From assembly GCF_009914755.1 (NCBI RefSeq), contig NC_060937.1: 64,000 nt of DNA; one strand, written 5' to 3'. The notes beneath the pieces are model-generated. The model did not search any database and had not been told where the DNA came from. It saw nothing but the letters and a program-made list of their open reading frames with translations. Positions 62,226 through 64,000 of this stretch are shown one piece after another (position 1 is the first letter of the stretch; every line of letters starts with the position of its first letter). Source of the stretch: the human T2T-CHM13v2.0 reference genome, Homo sapiens. Both the position numbers and the translations under genes were made by a program.

Positions 62226-62891
62226 CAGGCTACAATGACACAGTTGAGTAGTTGAAGCAGAAACTGTAAGGTTCTCAAAGCCTAAAACATTTACTATCTG
62301 GCTCTCCACCAAAGAAATTTGCCAATGATGTCCAAAAGTGAGAGAAGACTTGCCCCCAGGGCAAAGGAACTAAAAGATTTGGTGACAGAGTGTTTGTGAC
62401 AAGAAAACAAATTTCCCCAGTGCATTTCCACCCAAGTTTTAGGCTCATGTTATTCCTTAGCAAGCAGGATGTCAAATGACTGTAGCAAGGAGGATAGATA
62501 TGGAAGAAGAAAATCCAACATACAGAAAATTGGCTTTCCTGAAGAAGCAATCAACAATCAGAACACAAAGGTAATTCAGTCAGTAATGGAACTTTTGTGA
62601 AATAAACAACCACTTTATTTGTTGTTTGATGGCTCCCACTGTCCTCCAGAAAATCTAATACAAGCAATGCCAAGTTTCAGTGGCATCACTGATATTCCTC
62701 TCTAAAGGATGAATCATACAGGCATCCAGAAGAAAGTCCTCAAAGCCAGAAAAGAACTTTCGTTTACAAAGATTTGGGGGAAATAGAATTGGAATTAAAA
62801 ACTGTCTGCCCATTTAAGTTATTCTATAAGCCTGAAAACAACAGATAGACGATATTAGGAGTGCAAGAATTCAGGAAACATCCAATACACC

Positions 62892-63241
62892 TGTCTTAGT
62901 CCATTCGGGCTGCTATACTAAACTACCATAGACTGGGTGGCTCATAAACAAACTTCTTTCTCACAGTCCGGGAGGCTGGAAAGTCCAGGATCAAGGTGCC
63001 AGCAGAATTGGTGTCTGCTGAGTGCCCATTTCCCGGTTTATCTTTTTGCTATGTTCCAACAAGGCAGAAGGGGCAGGGATCTTTTTGGGGCCTCTTTTAC
63101 AAGAGTATTGATCCCATCATAAGGGTTTCATTCTCATGACTTAATCACCTCCTAAAGCCCCCACCTCCTAATACCATCATATTGGGGGTTAGATTTCAAC
63201 ATATGAATTTTGAGGGTAACATAAGCATTTGGTATATAGCA
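62892..63241 (-). mobile_element. MaLR solo LTR (MLT1A/MST-like)
   Basis: tgtcttagtccattcgggctgcta...atttcaacatatgaattttg...tatagca. Confidence 0.88.
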
Positions 63242-63592
63242 GTAACTCCTTAAAAATACAAAGATTTTGATAACAAAAACTGCTAAAGGGAAGATAGAAA
63301 ATGAAAACTTAACTAAGACATGGAGAAGCCATGATACAAGAACAGGTGGTGAGCATCAAACTCATTTAAATATAGAATCACAGCATTTCCATCATCTTAC
63401 ATGGTTATAGTTTCTGTAATTATCCTTCACACCATTACTTAGGTTTTTATTCTGACAATGCCAAAGTAATTATATAAAAACAAAACTCAAAAAGTGCAAA
63501 GAAGGGGACGTTGGAGAAGGTGTTAATGTGCTCATTTCCTTATCTTTTATAAGAGGAAGTTAAAAGTTATCACTTAAAGTTGAAATATATAG

Positions 63593-63741
63593 GTTTTTTT
63601 GTTTGTTTGTTTTTTGTTGTTTTTTTTTTTTTGAGACGGAGTCTTGTTCTGTCGCCCAGGCTGGAGTGCAGTGGCGCAATCTTGGCTCACTGCAAGCTCT
63701 GCCTCCCGGGTTCACGCCATTCTCCTGCTTCAGCCTCCCGC
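63593..63741 (-). mobile_element. 5'-truncated AluY (right-arm part only)
   Basis: gcaagctctgcctcccgggttcacgccattc; TSD gaaatat(a/g)tag. Confidence 0.9.
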
Positions 63742-64000
63742 GAAATATGTAGTTTATAAAAGCATAACAAACTCAACTGCTTAGTGTTTTTCATGTTTTC
63801 AGCAAGGAATCTTTTATAATCTGGTTTCTCCTGGGTAGAGAAACTTTTAAGTTTAGCAATTCTTTTAGTCTCACTAGGTGCTTCTTCTTATCTCCAAATA
63901 AAAATAAAATATAATACATTATGATGATGATAACATGTAGATTCATCAAGGCTGCTGCTAACACAGACAGGGTCTTTATGTAAATTAGAATCCAGCAATT

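Overview
Primate (probably human or other ape) genomic DNA. It is AT-rich, has no CpG island, and more than half is decayed interspersed repeat. I recognise no protein-coding host gene, rRNA, tRNA or CRISPR array; nearly all long ORFs in the track are L1, Alu or LTR artefacts. Main contents: a full-length, TSD-flanked, inactivated L1PA6-like LINE (23296-29462) whose antisense ORF0 is still open; about 17 Alus; solo LTRs (LTR1-like, LTR2/HERV-E-like, LTR16-like, MaLR); old L1M, L2 and MIR fragments; and Tigger/Charlie DNA transposon relics, several deeply nested. The least expected signal is four short local duplications not explained by ordinary transposition (278 bp inverted, 26 bp, about 190 bp and 89 bp), two of them with snap-back hairpins at the junction. 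One copy of the 190 bp element keeps a CpG-rich, promoter/exon-like core, while the other has decayed and been split by an LTR. A cluster of strong splice signals at 43-53 kb suggests spliced non-coding transcripts. I see no evidence of a wholly new multi-gene system. Repeat subfamily names are from memory of consensus sequences, and boundaries of old elements are approximate.
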